This document shows, in pieces, positions 17,055 to 25,563 of a stretch of DNA of 32,000 nt (the stretch's first letter is position 1; the number at the start of each line of letters is the position of its first letter). The stretch is from Nitrososphaerota archaeon (GTDB lineage Archaea; Thermoproteota; Nitrososphaeria; Nitrososphaerales; Nitrosopumilaceae). Below the pieces are notes generated by a model. The model saw only the letters and a list, made by a program, of their open reading frames with translations. It was not told where the DNA came from and did no database searches. Where the stretch lies: contig JAGWGU010000002.1 in NCBI GenBank assembly GCA_028867275.1, forward strand, positions 67,667 through 99,666, given 5' to 3'. The translations under genes and the position numbers were made by a program.

Positions 17055-18443
17055 CTATTCCACACGATGGTGTAAGACAAGCTGATCATAGTATCTCACA
17101 GACTTGACATTTACAAATTCAAGCATTCCATATCTTGAGAGTTCGCGTCCAAATCCACTCTGCTTGACACCTCCAAACGGAATTCTTGGATCAGATATGA
17201 CCACATTGTTTACTGAAACAATTCCTGATTCTATCAATCTAGACAATTTTTCTGCTTTTTCAAGATTTTTGGTCCATATGCTCGCTCCAAGACCATATTG
17301 TGATGAGTTTGCAAGCCTTACTGCCTCATTTTCGTCCTCAACCACAGTCACAGGGGCCACTGGTCCAAACACTTCTTCATGTGCTACCATCATGTCCGGG
17401 GTAACATTGTCAAGCACTGTTGGCGCATAAAAGTAGCCTTTGTCTTTGAGCCTTTTGCCTCCAGTGAGAACTCTGGCTCCTTTGCTGACGGCATCTTTTA
17501 CCATTTCATCTATCCTATGGAGTCCATCGGCATTTACAAGTGGTCCAATGTCTGTACTATCAGACATTGGATCTCCCACGTTTAGTTTTTCCACCTTTTG
17601 CACAAATTGTTCAATAAACTCTTTTGCAAGGTTTTTCATCACAAAAAATCGCTTTGATGCAATACAGCTTTGTCCGCAGTTGATGAACCTTCCCTTGACC
17701 GCACCAGTTGATGCCTTTTCAATATCTGCATCAGAGCAGACTATGAATGGATCACTTCCACCCAACTCCAAAACACATTTCTTGATTTGCGATGTTGCCC
17801 GTTGTGCAACTTTTGCACCAACGATATTACTTCCAGTAAAGGTTACTGCATTTATATCAGAATCAATTAATTTTTCAGCCATACTGGAATCACTTACAAG
17901 TGTTTGAAACACTCCTTCAGGAAATCCAGTTTTTGTAAACATTTTTTCTATTTCAATGCCGCATTGCATGGTCACACTTGCAGGCTTGAGCGCAATGGTA
18001 TTTCCAGCCATCAATGATGGTGCAGCAAATCTCAATGCTTGCCAGTATGGAAAGTTCCATGGCATTATACTTGCTATAACACCAATTGGCTCAAAGGCAA
18101 CAAAACTTTTTCTTGCATCAGTGTTTACCACTTCAGGATTTAGAAACGTCTCTCCATTATCTCCATAAAACTCCATTACCCATGCACATTTTTCCACCTC
18201 GGCAAGTGACTCCTTGAGTGGTTTTCCCATCTCTTGAGTAGCTACCTTTGCAAGAGATTCCTTGTTTTTTCGAAGCTCTTCGGACAAGAGATGTAAAAAC
18301 ATTGCCCTATTTTTAGAATCAACCTTCCATTTAGAAAAGGCCCCTCGTGCCTTGGTTATTTTATTTTTCAGATCTGCTTCTGTTATGTTTTGATATTCAG
18401 ATATGACAACTTCAGTTGCAGGATTGATTGTCTTAATAGACAT
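17055..18443 (-). CDS. NAD(P)+-dependent aldehyde dehydrogenase (succinate-semialdehyde dehydrogenase-like)
   Basis: About 462 aa from ATG 18443; the track begins one codon earlier at TTG 18446. ALDH signatures: FTGSNIVGAKV, catalytic Glu in LELGGSDP, catalytic Cys in FINCGQSCIASKR, and EEVFGPV. Confidence 0.9.
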   Translation of the reverse strand: MSIKTINPATEVVISEYQNITEADLKNKITKARGAFSKWKVDSKNRAMFLHLLSEELRKNKESLAKVATQEMGKPLKESLAEVEKCAWVMEFYGDNGETFLNPEVVNTDARKSFVAFEPIGVIASIMPWNFPYWQALRFAAPSLMAGNTIALKPASVTMQCGIEIEKMFTKTGFPEGVFQTLVSDSSMAEKLIDSDINAVTFTGSNIVGAKVAQRATSQIKKCVLELGGSDPFIVCSDADIEKASTGAVKGRFINCGQSCIASKRFFVMKNLAKEFIEQFVQKVEKLNVGDPMSDSTDIGPLVNADGLHRIDEMVKDAVSKGARVLTGGKRLKDKGYFYAPTVLDNVTPDMMVAHEEVFGPVAPVTVVEDENEAVRLANSSQYGLGASIWTKNLEKAEKLSRLIESGIVSVNNVVISDPRIPFGGVKQSGFGRELSRYGMLEFVNVKSVRYYDQLVLHHRVE

Positions 18444-18464
18444 CAACTCAGCTACAGAAGGATA

Positions 18465-18476
18465 CTATTATATACC
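18465..18476. promoter_or_regulatory. Candidate shared (bidirectional) TATA box
   Basis: CTATTATATACC sits in the 54-nt divergent spacer. The TTATATA core (18468-18474) is centred about 27-28 nt from both the ALDH ATG (18443, minus) and the PhaR-like ATG (18498, plus). Confidence 0.35.
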
Positions 18477-18497
18477 TTTGGTAGGTTACCATTACCA

Positions 18498-18917
18498 ATG
18501 ACTGGTAACTATGACCAACCTGACCCATCGGCAATCTTTAGAGAATGGATCCAGCGAAGCGGCAAGGCACAGATGGACTTTATGAGAACATTTGGCGATA
18601 TGATGAATCGTACAAACCAAACCAACCCACTTGATACATTAAAAGAGATGGCAGACAAAACAACCAAGACACAGACAGATTTTGTACAAAATTTTGCAGA
18701 GAGTGGATCAAAGGCCATGTACAACTGGTTTAACCTTGCACAAAACTTACCCCAGTTTTCATCATGGGGTGCGTTTAAGACATCAGTTGGAAGCAATGGC
18801 AGAATTTCCATACCCGAAGCAGAAAGAGAGGCAATAGGAATCAAGGAAAACGATTTGGTACAAGTGATTGTAGTTCCAATCCATAAAAGTAATTCACGAC
18901 AGGAGGTGAAAAAATGA
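18498..18917 (+). CDS. phaR: PhaR-like PHA granule regulator with C-terminal AbrB/SpoVT-type DNA-binding domain
   Basis: 139 aa from ATG 18498; the track start at 18390 would overlap the ALDH gene. The C-terminus SNGRISIPEAEREAIGIKENDLVQVIVVPI is a looped-hinge-helix (AbrB/SpoVT) pattern. The N-terminal part is helical and phasin-like. It lies next to phaC and phaE. Confidence 0.6.
   Translation: MTGNYDQPDPSAIFREWIQRSGKAQMDFMRTFGDMMNRTNQTNPLDTLKEMADKTTKTQTDFVQNFAESGSKAMYNWFNLAQNLPQFSSWGAFKTSVGSNGRISIPEAEREAIGIKENDLVQVIVVPIHKSNSRQEVKK
18902..18909 (+). promoter_or_regulatory. Shine-Dalgarno sequence GGAGGTGA for the phasin-like gene
   Basis: Full-length SD 4 nt upstream of ATG 18914, inside the 3' end of the PhaR-like gene. 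Confidence 0.55.
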
Positions 18918-19327
18918 GCAAGACAGAAACAAAAGAGGCATATGCAGTATACAAACAAAACATGAATCGATATTTTGAAGAAGCAGAAAAAAATGTCACA
19001 CAATACATTCAGGCAGTTTCAAATCTCCAGCAGGAATTTGCAACAGCATACAAGAATGCAGTAGAGACAGCAATTGAGTTCCAGCAAGAGACAGCAACAA
19101 AGAGTGGCTTTAATGCAAACCTTCCACCAACTTATCTCAAAGCAATCAACGATGCAACAGAGGAGATAGTAAAAACTAGTTCTGTACAAAACAAGGCAGT
19201 ACTAGCAGCAATGGAAGCAGCAAGACAAAACATCAAGACATTCAATGACAACCTGAAGGCATTCACAACTATGGATTCAAGTATACTTCAATCATGGTTC
19301 TCAGCATGGACTCCAAGCAAGAACTAA
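18914..19327 (+). CDS. phaP: Phasin-like helical protein (candidate PHA granule structural protein)
   Basis: 137 aa, all-helical and Ala/Gln/Glu/Lys-rich (YIQAVSNLQQEFATAYKNAVETAIEFQQETATKSG...). ATGA overlap with the PhaR-like gene (18914-18917), mirroring the phaR-phaP pairing known in haloarchaea. Confidence 0.5.
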   Translation: MSKTETKEAYAVYKQNMNRYFEEAEKNVTQYIQAVSNLQQEFATAYKNAVETAIEFQQETATKSGFNANLPPTYLKAINDATEEIVKTSSVQNKAVLAAMEAARQNIKTFNDNLKAFTTMDSSILQSWFSAWTPSKN

Positions 19328-19345
19328 CCATTAATTTTTCATTTT

Positions 19346-20416
19346 TTATTTTTCAGATCTTTCGGTAAGCCATTGGCCAAATTCAGGAAGAACCTTTTTT
19401 TGTGAAAATGAACTTGCGATCATGCCCACATGCCCAGTGGGGTATATCTTTAGCGTCTTGTCTTGACTTGATACAGAATAGTGAATCGGCATGCTGCATT
19501 CGGGCGATACCAAGTGATCACCCACTGCAACCTGTGTAAGAAGCGGCATGGCAATATTTTTCAGAGACACCCGTCTTCCCCCCACGTACATGTTGTTATT
19601 TATCAAGAGATTTTCTTGGTAGACATCTTTTATCCACTGGCGGAACAACTCTCCTGGAATTGGAGGTGTATCAGAGATCCATTTTTCCACTCGAATAAAG
19701 TTTTCAACATATTCTTTATCATGTATATTTTTAAAGAAATTAAGATATTTTTCAAAGCCTTGCTCAAATGGTTTTAGTATTGAGAAAACATAATACATCA
19801 GCTCAGGAGGCATGTTGCCAAGTGTGTCTACCAACTTGTCAACATCCATATGTTTTGCCAAGTTTGATACTACGGTACTATCTCTTCTTCCGTCAATCAC
19901 GGGGGCAGTAAGAACCAAGTTCTTTATTTTTTCAGGATGTAATGCAGAATAAACGGTGGAGAGGGTACCGCCAGTACAATATCCTTGCAGTGATACTGCA
20001 TCAGACGAGGATTCTTTTCTAATAAAATCTATACAGTTGTCCATATAACCATTGACATAGTCATCAAACCCCTCATGTCGATTGATTTGAGTTGGTGTTC
20101 CCCAGTCAATCAGATAGACATCAACTCCCTGATTTAGCAAGTTTCTCACCCAGCTCTTTTTTGGATGAATATCCAAAATGTGGAATCTGTTTATCAAAGC
20201 ATATGCAATCACAAGCGGTGTCTTCATTTGCCTTTGAACCAATGGATTAAAGTGTAATAATCGAACTTTTCCTTCAGAGTACACAACTTCATTCGGAGTT
20301 ATTTCAAGATCTATCTCATCAAGAGATTGGGCAAGATTTGGTGCCTCTAGTATGTTCTTGTTTAGTTTGATAAAGTCTGCCAATAGCTGTGGATCTACTT
20401 TTATTTCATTTGCCAT
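19346..20416 (-). CDS. phaC: Class III poly(3-hydroxyalkanoate) synthase, catalytic subunit PhaC
   Basis: 356 aa, the size of class III PhaC. Lipase-like box with catalytic Cys in LQGYCTGGTLS. Conserved Asp in AVGDHLVSP and His in PTGHVGM. SD GGGAGGA (complement of 20424-20430) lies 7 nt upstream of the ATG. Confidence 0.92.
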   Translation of the reverse strand: MANEIKVDPQLLADFIKLNKNILEAPNLAQSLDEIDLEITPNEVVYSEGKVRLLHFNPLVQRQMKTPLVIAYALINRFHILDIHPKKSWVRNLLNQGVDVYLIDWGTPTQINRHEGFDDYVNGYMDNCIDFIRKESSSDAVSLQGYCTGGTLSTVYSALHPEKIKNLVLTAPVIDGRRDSTVVSNLAKHMDVDKLVDTLGNMPPELMYYVFSILKPFEQGFEKYLNFFKNIHDKEYVENFIRVEKWISDTPPIPGELFRQWIKDVYQENLLINNNMYVGGRRVSLKNIAMPLLTQVAVGDHLVSPECSMPIHYSVSSQDKTLKIYPTGHVGMIASSFSQKKVLPEFGQWLTERSEK

Positions 20417-20417
20417 T

Positions 20418-20984
20418 TCAAGTTCCTCCCTTGTTTACTATTTTTTCAAGTTTGGCAACTCTTTTTCGCAAAGAGTGTAGTTCTTTGTACACTTCACCCA
20501 TCTCTTTCTTCGTAGGCATGTTTGCACTCTCAAGTAGTGTGGACGCCATGTTGTTCCAGTGCTTTGCGATTTCAAGCTCACTTGATACAAGTTTGCCAAA
20601 GTTTTCAGCAAAATCAGCAGAGTCAAAGAGCCTAGTAAAGTAGTTTTCAAATATATCTATCCATATGCGTTTTGAGGCCTCTACGTGTTCGGTATCATTT
20701 GGAAGTTCAGGTACTTTTCTAGTGTATTCTTTTTGGGCCTCATTCCATGTATCTGTGAGTTGTTTGTAGTAGGCAGACAATCTAGTGTTAAATTCTGCCA
20801 TATCTTCATTCATCTCTATTGTTTCTGTGCCAAGGTGTTTGGCGTTGATGGCAAATTTTCGAAATGGTCCAGTGGCAGCAAGTGATTGTTGCCTATTTGA
20901 CATTAGGTACAACAGATCAGTCCAGAAAAGAGAGTTGTGCTTGTAATTTGCTAATGATTTTTTCATATCAGGTGGAATAGACAT
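20418..20984 (-). CDS. phaE: Class III PHA synthase subunit PhaE
   Basis: 188 aa helical protein. Its stop lies 1 nt before the phaC ATG, giving the phaE-phaC order typical of class III synthases. The size matches the short haloarchaeal-type PhaE. Confidence 0.72.
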   Translation of the reverse strand: MSIPPDMKKSLANYKHNSLFWTDLLYLMSNRQQSLAATGPFRKFAINAKHLGTETIEMNEDMAEFNTRLSAYYKQLTDTWNEAQKEYTRKVPELPNDTEHVEASKRIWIDIFENYFTRLFDSADFAENFGKLVSSELEIAKHWNNMASTLLESANMPTKKEMGEVYKELHSLRKRVAKLEKIVNKGGT

Positions 20985-21088
20985 GTGAAATAGAATAAAG
21001 TAGATTTCTATACATATAGAGATTACTAGATATCAATCTTACATATAACAAATTGTTAAAAGGATGTACATGTAATAACCAATATCAA

Positions 21089-21529
21089 ATGTCAAAATCT
21101 CAACCCCAGGAAAAAACTATGGATGTCAAGCATTCCCTTTCAGTGTGTGATGTGGTGAGGGACAATACAAATGAAATCATAATGAAGATTGAGGGCTTGC
21201 TGCCAACATATATTGAAAGCTTTGCAGATTTGCAGGCGGAAGGCTTGCGTATTGCAAGAGACTTTTTTGGCACATGCTATATTGCAGAAAAAGAGATTCT
21301 TGACAACATGGGAGTAGACCAAAATGCAATAGAATCATTTGACAAGTATTCAAAAGCAGTAACAAAGACTGCCATATGTGAGATAGACATGATGAACAGT
21401 TTTCAAAAGACATTTGTAGAAAACATCATGTCAGCAATGAAATCATATGATGATTATATAAAACTCATGCTGTCATCTTATGCCAAGATGTTAGACTACA
21501 CCATAATTACAATTCCAAAGAAAAATTAA
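21089..21529 (+). CDS. Helical protein divergent from phaE (possible second phasin / granule-associated protein)
   Basis: All-helical composition (IESFADLQAEGLRIARDFF...SFQKTFVENIMSAMKSYDDYIKLMLSSYAKML). The start is ambiguous: TTG 21053 (track), ATG 21089 or ATG 21119. Confidence 0.5.
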   Translation: MSKSQPQEKTMDVKHSLSVCDVVRDNTNEIIMKIEGLLPTYIESFADLQAEGLRIARDFFGTCYIAEKEILDNMGVDQNAIESFDKYSKAVTKTAICEIDMMNSFQKTFVENIMSAMKSYDDYIKLMLSSYAKMLDYTIITIPKKN

Positions 21530-21629
21530 CTATTTTCCGATCTTTTTAGTGAACAAGGCTTTACTGATATTGTCATAACTAATATCGCTAAAAACTTATT
21601 TTGTTTGCAAGGTCTCAAGATTCACGCTG

Positions 21630-22418
21630 ATGAAGGAAAAATTTGTTACGATAAACAGGAATAACATAAGATATTTAGAAGATGGTCACTCTGATCGCAA
21701 TTTGATCCTCCTACACGGACTTGGAGGATATGCAGAAAGGTGGAGTAACTTGATGCCCCATATGAGTAAAAAATATCATATTTTCGCTCCAGATCTTATC
21801 GGGTATGGCCAAAGCGACAAACCTTCAGTGGATTACACTCCAGAACTCTTTACAAAATTTGTTTTTGATTTTATCAGTACACTTGGAATCAAAAAGACAT
21901 GCATGATAGGCACTTCGCTTGGAGGCCAAATAGTAGCCGAGTGTGCAGCGACACAAAGTGCCATGATTGAAAAGATAATTTTGATCTCTCCTGCAGGCAT
22001 AATGCGAAAGTCTACTCCCACACTGGATGCATATACAATGGCAGCATTATACCCAAACAAGGATTCTGTAAAAAATGCATACCAGATGATGGTAGGTTCA
22101 GACAAGCAAGTATCAGAGGTATCAATTGAGAGATTTGTCAACAACATGTCAAGGCCAAATGCAAAGATGGTATTCCTGTCTACACTCTTAGGATTAAAGA
22201 ATGCACCTGACATTTTTGACAAGTTGCAAAAGATCAATGTCCCTACACTAATAATTTGGGGCATGGAGGACAGGTTGATACCCTTCGAATACTCGCACCA
22301 GTTTGTATCAGCAATCAAAGGCAGTAAACTTGTGCCAATGGAGGGATGTGGTCATTCCCCATATGTTGAGGACCCAGAAAAACTGGGAGAAATAGTGGAC
22401 AGATTCCTATCAAGATAG
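21630..22418 (+). CDS. Alpha/beta-fold hydrolase (MhpC/BphD-like; candidate esterase or PHA depolymerase)
   Basis: 262 aa. Oxyanion HGLGG, nucleophile elbow GTSLGG, Asp in WGMEDRLIP and His in GCGHSPYVEDPE. Confidence 0.85.
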   Translation: MKEKFVTINRNNIRYLEDGHSDRNLILLHGLGGYAERWSNLMPHMSKKYHIFAPDLIGYGQSDKPSVDYTPELFTKFVFDFISTLGIKKTCMIGTSLGGQIVAECAATQSAMIEKIILISPAGIMRKSTPTLDAYTMAALYPNKDSVKNAYQMMVGSDKQVSEVSIERFVNNMSRPNAKMVFLSTLLGLKNAPDIFDKLQKINVPTLIIWGMEDRLIPFEYSHQFVSAIKGSKLVPMEGCGHSPYVEDPEKLGEIVDRFLSR

Positions 22419-22525
22419 GCCCATGTAGCAGAATCATGTATGAGAATCACATCAATACAAATAAGGAATAACCTAGCAAGTGTAGACATGCTGAACAGTC
22501 TTTTACAAGAGGAGTATTACACGTC

Positions 22526-23335
22526 ATGAATCTATTTCTGGCAAACAAGACATTAGATGAGATCTTGCCAGAATCAGTATTTTCCACACCGGCAGTAAGC
22601 ATCAGAGTTGATGACACGCTAGGTGATGCCGCATCTCTTCTTCCTCACCACCTTGAGACATTGACTGATTCGCTGGTTGCAACAAGCAATGACAAGCCAG
22701 TTGGCATAGTAGGAGGAATTGAGGTCCTAGAGGGCATCATAAAAAACCAGACTCCAGGTTTTCTTGACAAGGCAAAGATAGGAGATGTAATGAGTAAGAA
22801 ACTTGTCATTGTGAATCCAAAGACCAAGTTTTCAGAGTTGGCAAAACAATGGTCACAAACAAGAAGGGCATTTGCTATAATACCTAACCAATATCATGGT
22901 TATTCAGTAATCTCGGCAAGAAAGATTCTTGACGTAGGTGTTTTGTTTAAAACCAACACTACAATTTCTGTAGTTCCAAGAAGAAAGATAGCTACATTTC
23001 ACAAATATGATACAGTAAGGCAAATAATTCAGCGCATGTTTGACAATAAAACTCGCAAGCTAGTACTAGATGGTACAGACTCTTTTATCAGTGACAGAAT
23101 AATCATACAGAAACTGGTCAGAGAGTTCAACTGCCTCAGAGATGGAAGAGATTTTCTGGAAACAGGTTCAGACATTTTCAGCCTAGAGCAAGCAAAGAGG
23201 GCATCAGAGGATCTCACAATTACCGAAGCATGCAGGATCATGCAAGAGATGAGATCTCCATACCTAATGAGTAATGAGAAAACAATCAGCCCGTGGGATA
23301 TCATATCAGTTCTTGCTTTTGAAAACTTGTCATAG
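22526..23335 (+). CDS. CBS-domain (Bateman module) protein
   Basis: 269 aa with repeated CBS-like beta-alpha-beta-beta-alpha segments, for example VSIRVDDTLGDAASLL...KPVGIVGGIEVLEGI and VMSKKLVIVNPKTKFSELAKQW. No catalytic domain recognised. Confidence 0.7.
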   Translation: MNLFLANKTLDEILPESVFSTPAVSIRVDDTLGDAASLLPHHLETLTDSLVATSNDKPVGIVGGIEVLEGIIKNQTPGFLDKAKIGDVMSKKLVIVNPKTKFSELAKQWSQTRRAFAIIPNQYHGYSVISARKILDVGVLFKTNTTISVVPRRKIATFHKYDTVRQIIQRMFDNKTRKLVLDGTDSFISDRIIIQKLVREFNCLRDGRDFLETGSDIFSLEQAKRASEDLTITEACRIMQEMRSPYLMSNEKTISPWDIISVLAFENLS

Positions 23336-23364
23336 TTTAAAATGACAAGTAATAGACAACAAAT

Positions 23365-23790
23365 ATGGCTACAAATGAAGGAAGAACAAGTTTTGCCATA
23401 AATCACAGGCTTTTACTTTGTTGTCTTTTTTCACTTGCCTTCATAGGCACTACATATTATTACATAGATAACAGAAAGCAAGCATATGAAATACAATGGA
23501 TTGTCATATCCATTGCATGGTATAGTGCCATTTGTTTTAGTATAACCAAGGTCCTTTACAAGGCAAGAATTGGCTATCTGCTTGCAGGCATAGTGTCGTG
23601 GGCAACACTTGCATTTTTGATATTGGACAATTACGACGTTGTATTTCAGACAACAATTACAACCAAGCAAGACGACATCATTACAATACGAAATCTAATC
23701 CTAGCCGGAATAGTATCACTTGGCATATTATCCTCTCACAATGCATTCCACAAGTTCAATCACGTACAAAACAAAGCAAAATTTACGTGA
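23365..23790 (+). CDS. Integral membrane protein (4 TM helices), unknown function
   Basis: 141 aa with four hydrophobic helices. Confidence 0.55.
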   Translation: MATNEGRTSFAINHRLLLCCLFSLAFIGTTYYYIDNRKQAYEIQWIVISIAWYSAICFSITKVLYKARIGYLLAGIVSWATLAFLILDNYDVVFQTTITTKQDDIITIRNLILAGIVSLGILSSHNAFHKFNHVQNKAKFT

Positions 23791-23865
23791 GAGAACATTA
23801 ACACAGTGTAGAGATTTTGAGAATCATAGAAAACATCATACATAACAACACAAACTAGATCATAC

Positions 23866-24948
23866 ATGCGTGTAGAAGGTAGAGAAAAACATTGCAATGA
23901 AAATGTACTTGTTCTCCAAGGCGGAGGATCTCTTGGTGCCTATGAATGTGGAGTATACAAGGCAATTGACAAGCTCAAGATAAAGATAGATGTTGTTGCA
24001 GGCACTTCGATTGGAGGAATAAACTCTGCAATAATTGCTGCAACAAAGAGTGGTAATCCTGCAAAAGATTTGGAAGAGTTTTGGCTCACATTGGCACAGA
24101 CAGTAACATCGCCCTTTCTTACGGAACATATGAGAGAGATTTCATCATCAATCTATTCTGCAATATGGGGAAACTCTAATGCATTTTTCCCACTTTGGCT
24201 GACACCATCATTTGGATTTTTGTACAACTCGCCATATCTTTATGACATGTCTCCTCTGAAAGTAACGCTCGAAAAGTTTGTAGATTATTCAAAACTCAAG
24301 GATCCTTCAAGACCAAGACTCATAATAACTTCAACAGACATCCAAAATGGAAAACCGTCCATATTTGACAGCAAGTATGACAATTTCACATCAGAGCATG
24401 TTCTTTCAAGTGCTGGATATCCATTTTATGGAATCTCGTGGACCAAGGTAGGTAACAGGTACCTATGGGATGGAACGCTACTAAGCAATACACCCCTAAG
24501 GGAGGTAATTTATGCCTCACCTGTGTGTGACAAGCGAGTTATACTTGCAAACCTGTTTCCTAAAGGACAAGAAGACATCCCAAAGAACATGATGGAGTCA
24601 TGGCATAGAGCAAGAGACATCATGCATACAGACAAGACAGACCAGACAATTCGAACGTCAAAAATAATTTCAAGATACCTTACAATAATAAACAAGATGC
24701 ATGATATTTTGGAATCCATCCCGCTTGATGATGCAAGCAGGAAAAAACTTGTAGAAATTGAACCAGAGTTTAACAAGCTTGCCCGCCAGAGAGGGGCCAT
24801 AATAAAAGAAATAGTCAGGATAGAAAGAAGTGAAGATTCGCACTATCTTTTTGAAGACGCAGACTTTTCAATTGATACTATAAAGAAGTTGATAAGATCT
24901 GGAGAACAAGATGCAAGAACAGTCCTTGAAGACTTTGGTAAAAGCTAG
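23866..24948 (+). CDS. Patatin-like phospholipase-family serine hydrolase
   Basis: 360 aa. Oxyanion LQGGGSLGAYECGV, nucleophile GTSIGG and catalytic Asp in WDGTLLSNTPL together form the Ser-Asp dyad pattern of patatin. Confidence 0.88.
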   Translation: MRVEGREKHCNENVLVLQGGGSLGAYECGVYKAIDKLKIKIDVVAGTSIGGINSAIIAATKSGNPAKDLEEFWLTLAQTVTSPFLTEHMREISSSIYSAIWGNSNAFFPLWLTPSFGFLYNSPYLYDMSPLKVTLEKFVDYSKLKDPSRPRLIITSTDIQNGKPSIFDSKYDNFTSEHVLSSAGYPFYGISWTKVGNRYLWDGTLLSNTPLREVIYASPVCDKRVILANLFPKGQEDIPKNMMESWHRARDIMHTDKTDQTIRTSKIISRYLTIINKMHDILESIPLDDASRKKLVEIEPEFNKLARQRGAIIKEIVRIERSEDSHYLFEDADFSIDTIKKLIRSGEQDARTVLEDFGKS

Positions 24949-25123
24949 CATGTTAACATGACACATGCAATCAATGCAACGTATTGGAGTCTTACTTGCA
25001 CAAGAGGTATTTTTTGTGAGTTCATAATGCATTGCGTATCACTGTAACTTAATAAAATTAATCAAGATGATGGCATTCCCAAATAACACATTTAAGTTAT
25101 AAGTACAAAGAAAACAGAGAGAA

Positions 25124-25252
25124 ATGATGCAACAAAAGAACAAAGAGAAGGAAGAATTTCTAGACGAATCTTCGGAAAACAACGAAGAATCAGTAGAATT
25201 TCTGGATGACGAATTTGAAGAAGACATTGATTCTGAAAAATCTGAATCATAG
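25124..25252 (+). CDS. Possible small highly acidic protein (42 aa)
   Basis: Manual translation: MMQQKNKEKEEFLDESSENNEESVEFLDDEFEEDIDSEKSES*. It competes with the antisense track ORF 25039..25263, which is Ser/Phe-rich and low in complexity. Confidence 0.3.
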   Translation: MMQQKNKEKEEFLDESSENNEESVEFLDDEFEEDIDSEKSES

Positions 25253-25292
25253 ATGACAATCACTTAAAAGCAAGAAATAGTTTGAATAAAAC

Positions 25293-25544
25293 ATGAATGA
25301 TTCGCAGCATAACTCGCAGATTGAAAAAATTGCATCATTAATACTCCAAGACAAGATATCCCTGGATGAGCAAGATGAGGACAGATTAAAGAAATATCAC
25401 GATTTGGCAAAAAAACAATTTCACTTGGAAGATGAATCTGCAATTCAGCTTGTAAACGAGGCATTTTTGTATCTAAAGCTAAAAGGTTCTGATTCTGCCG
25501 ATCCTCTCCAACATGGAGATCAGTTTGGTGCAGGATTTAGTTAG
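25293..25544 (+). CDS. Hypothetical small soluble protein
   Basis: 83 aa, helical and charged. No motif recognised. Confidence 0.45.
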   Translation: MNDSQHNSQIEKIASLILQDKISLDEQDEDRLKKYHDLAKKQFHLEDESAIQLVNEAFLYLKLKGSDSADPLQHGDQFGAGFS

Positions 25545-25563
25545 AAAAATAAATTATATTCCC

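Noticed and set aside
17104-18168. Track ORFs 17104..17430, 17379..17585, 17440..17907 and 17956..18168 on the + strand
   Set aside because: All lie antisense inside the aldehyde dehydrogenase gene, which carries complete ALDH catalytic signatures. The translations are Ser/Thr/Phe-rich with no recognisable fold.
18390-19003. Upstream extension of the PhaR-like ORF to 18390, and antisense ORF 18509..19003
   Set aside because: The extension would overlap the ALDH 5' end and encodes an implausible Arg/Cys-rich leader, so ATG 18498 fits the promoter spacing better. The minus ORF is the shadow of the phaR/phaP pair.
21833-22318. 161-aa minus-strand ORF inside the alpha/beta hydrolase gene (also 21140..21322, 21177..21413, 22645..22827, 23029..23406, 23431..23670, 23860..24129 and 24510..24800)
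   Set aside because: These are antisense or overlapping shadows of genes with clear catalytic motifs or better coding character. None has motifs of its own.
25039-25464. Minus-strand track ORFs 25039..25263 and 25264..25464
   Set aside because: 25039..25263 is a Ser/Phe-rich mirror of the acidic + strand minigene. 25264..25464 is antisense to the more protein-like 25293..25544. Neither the acidic minigene nor these ORFs can be confirmed without conservation data.
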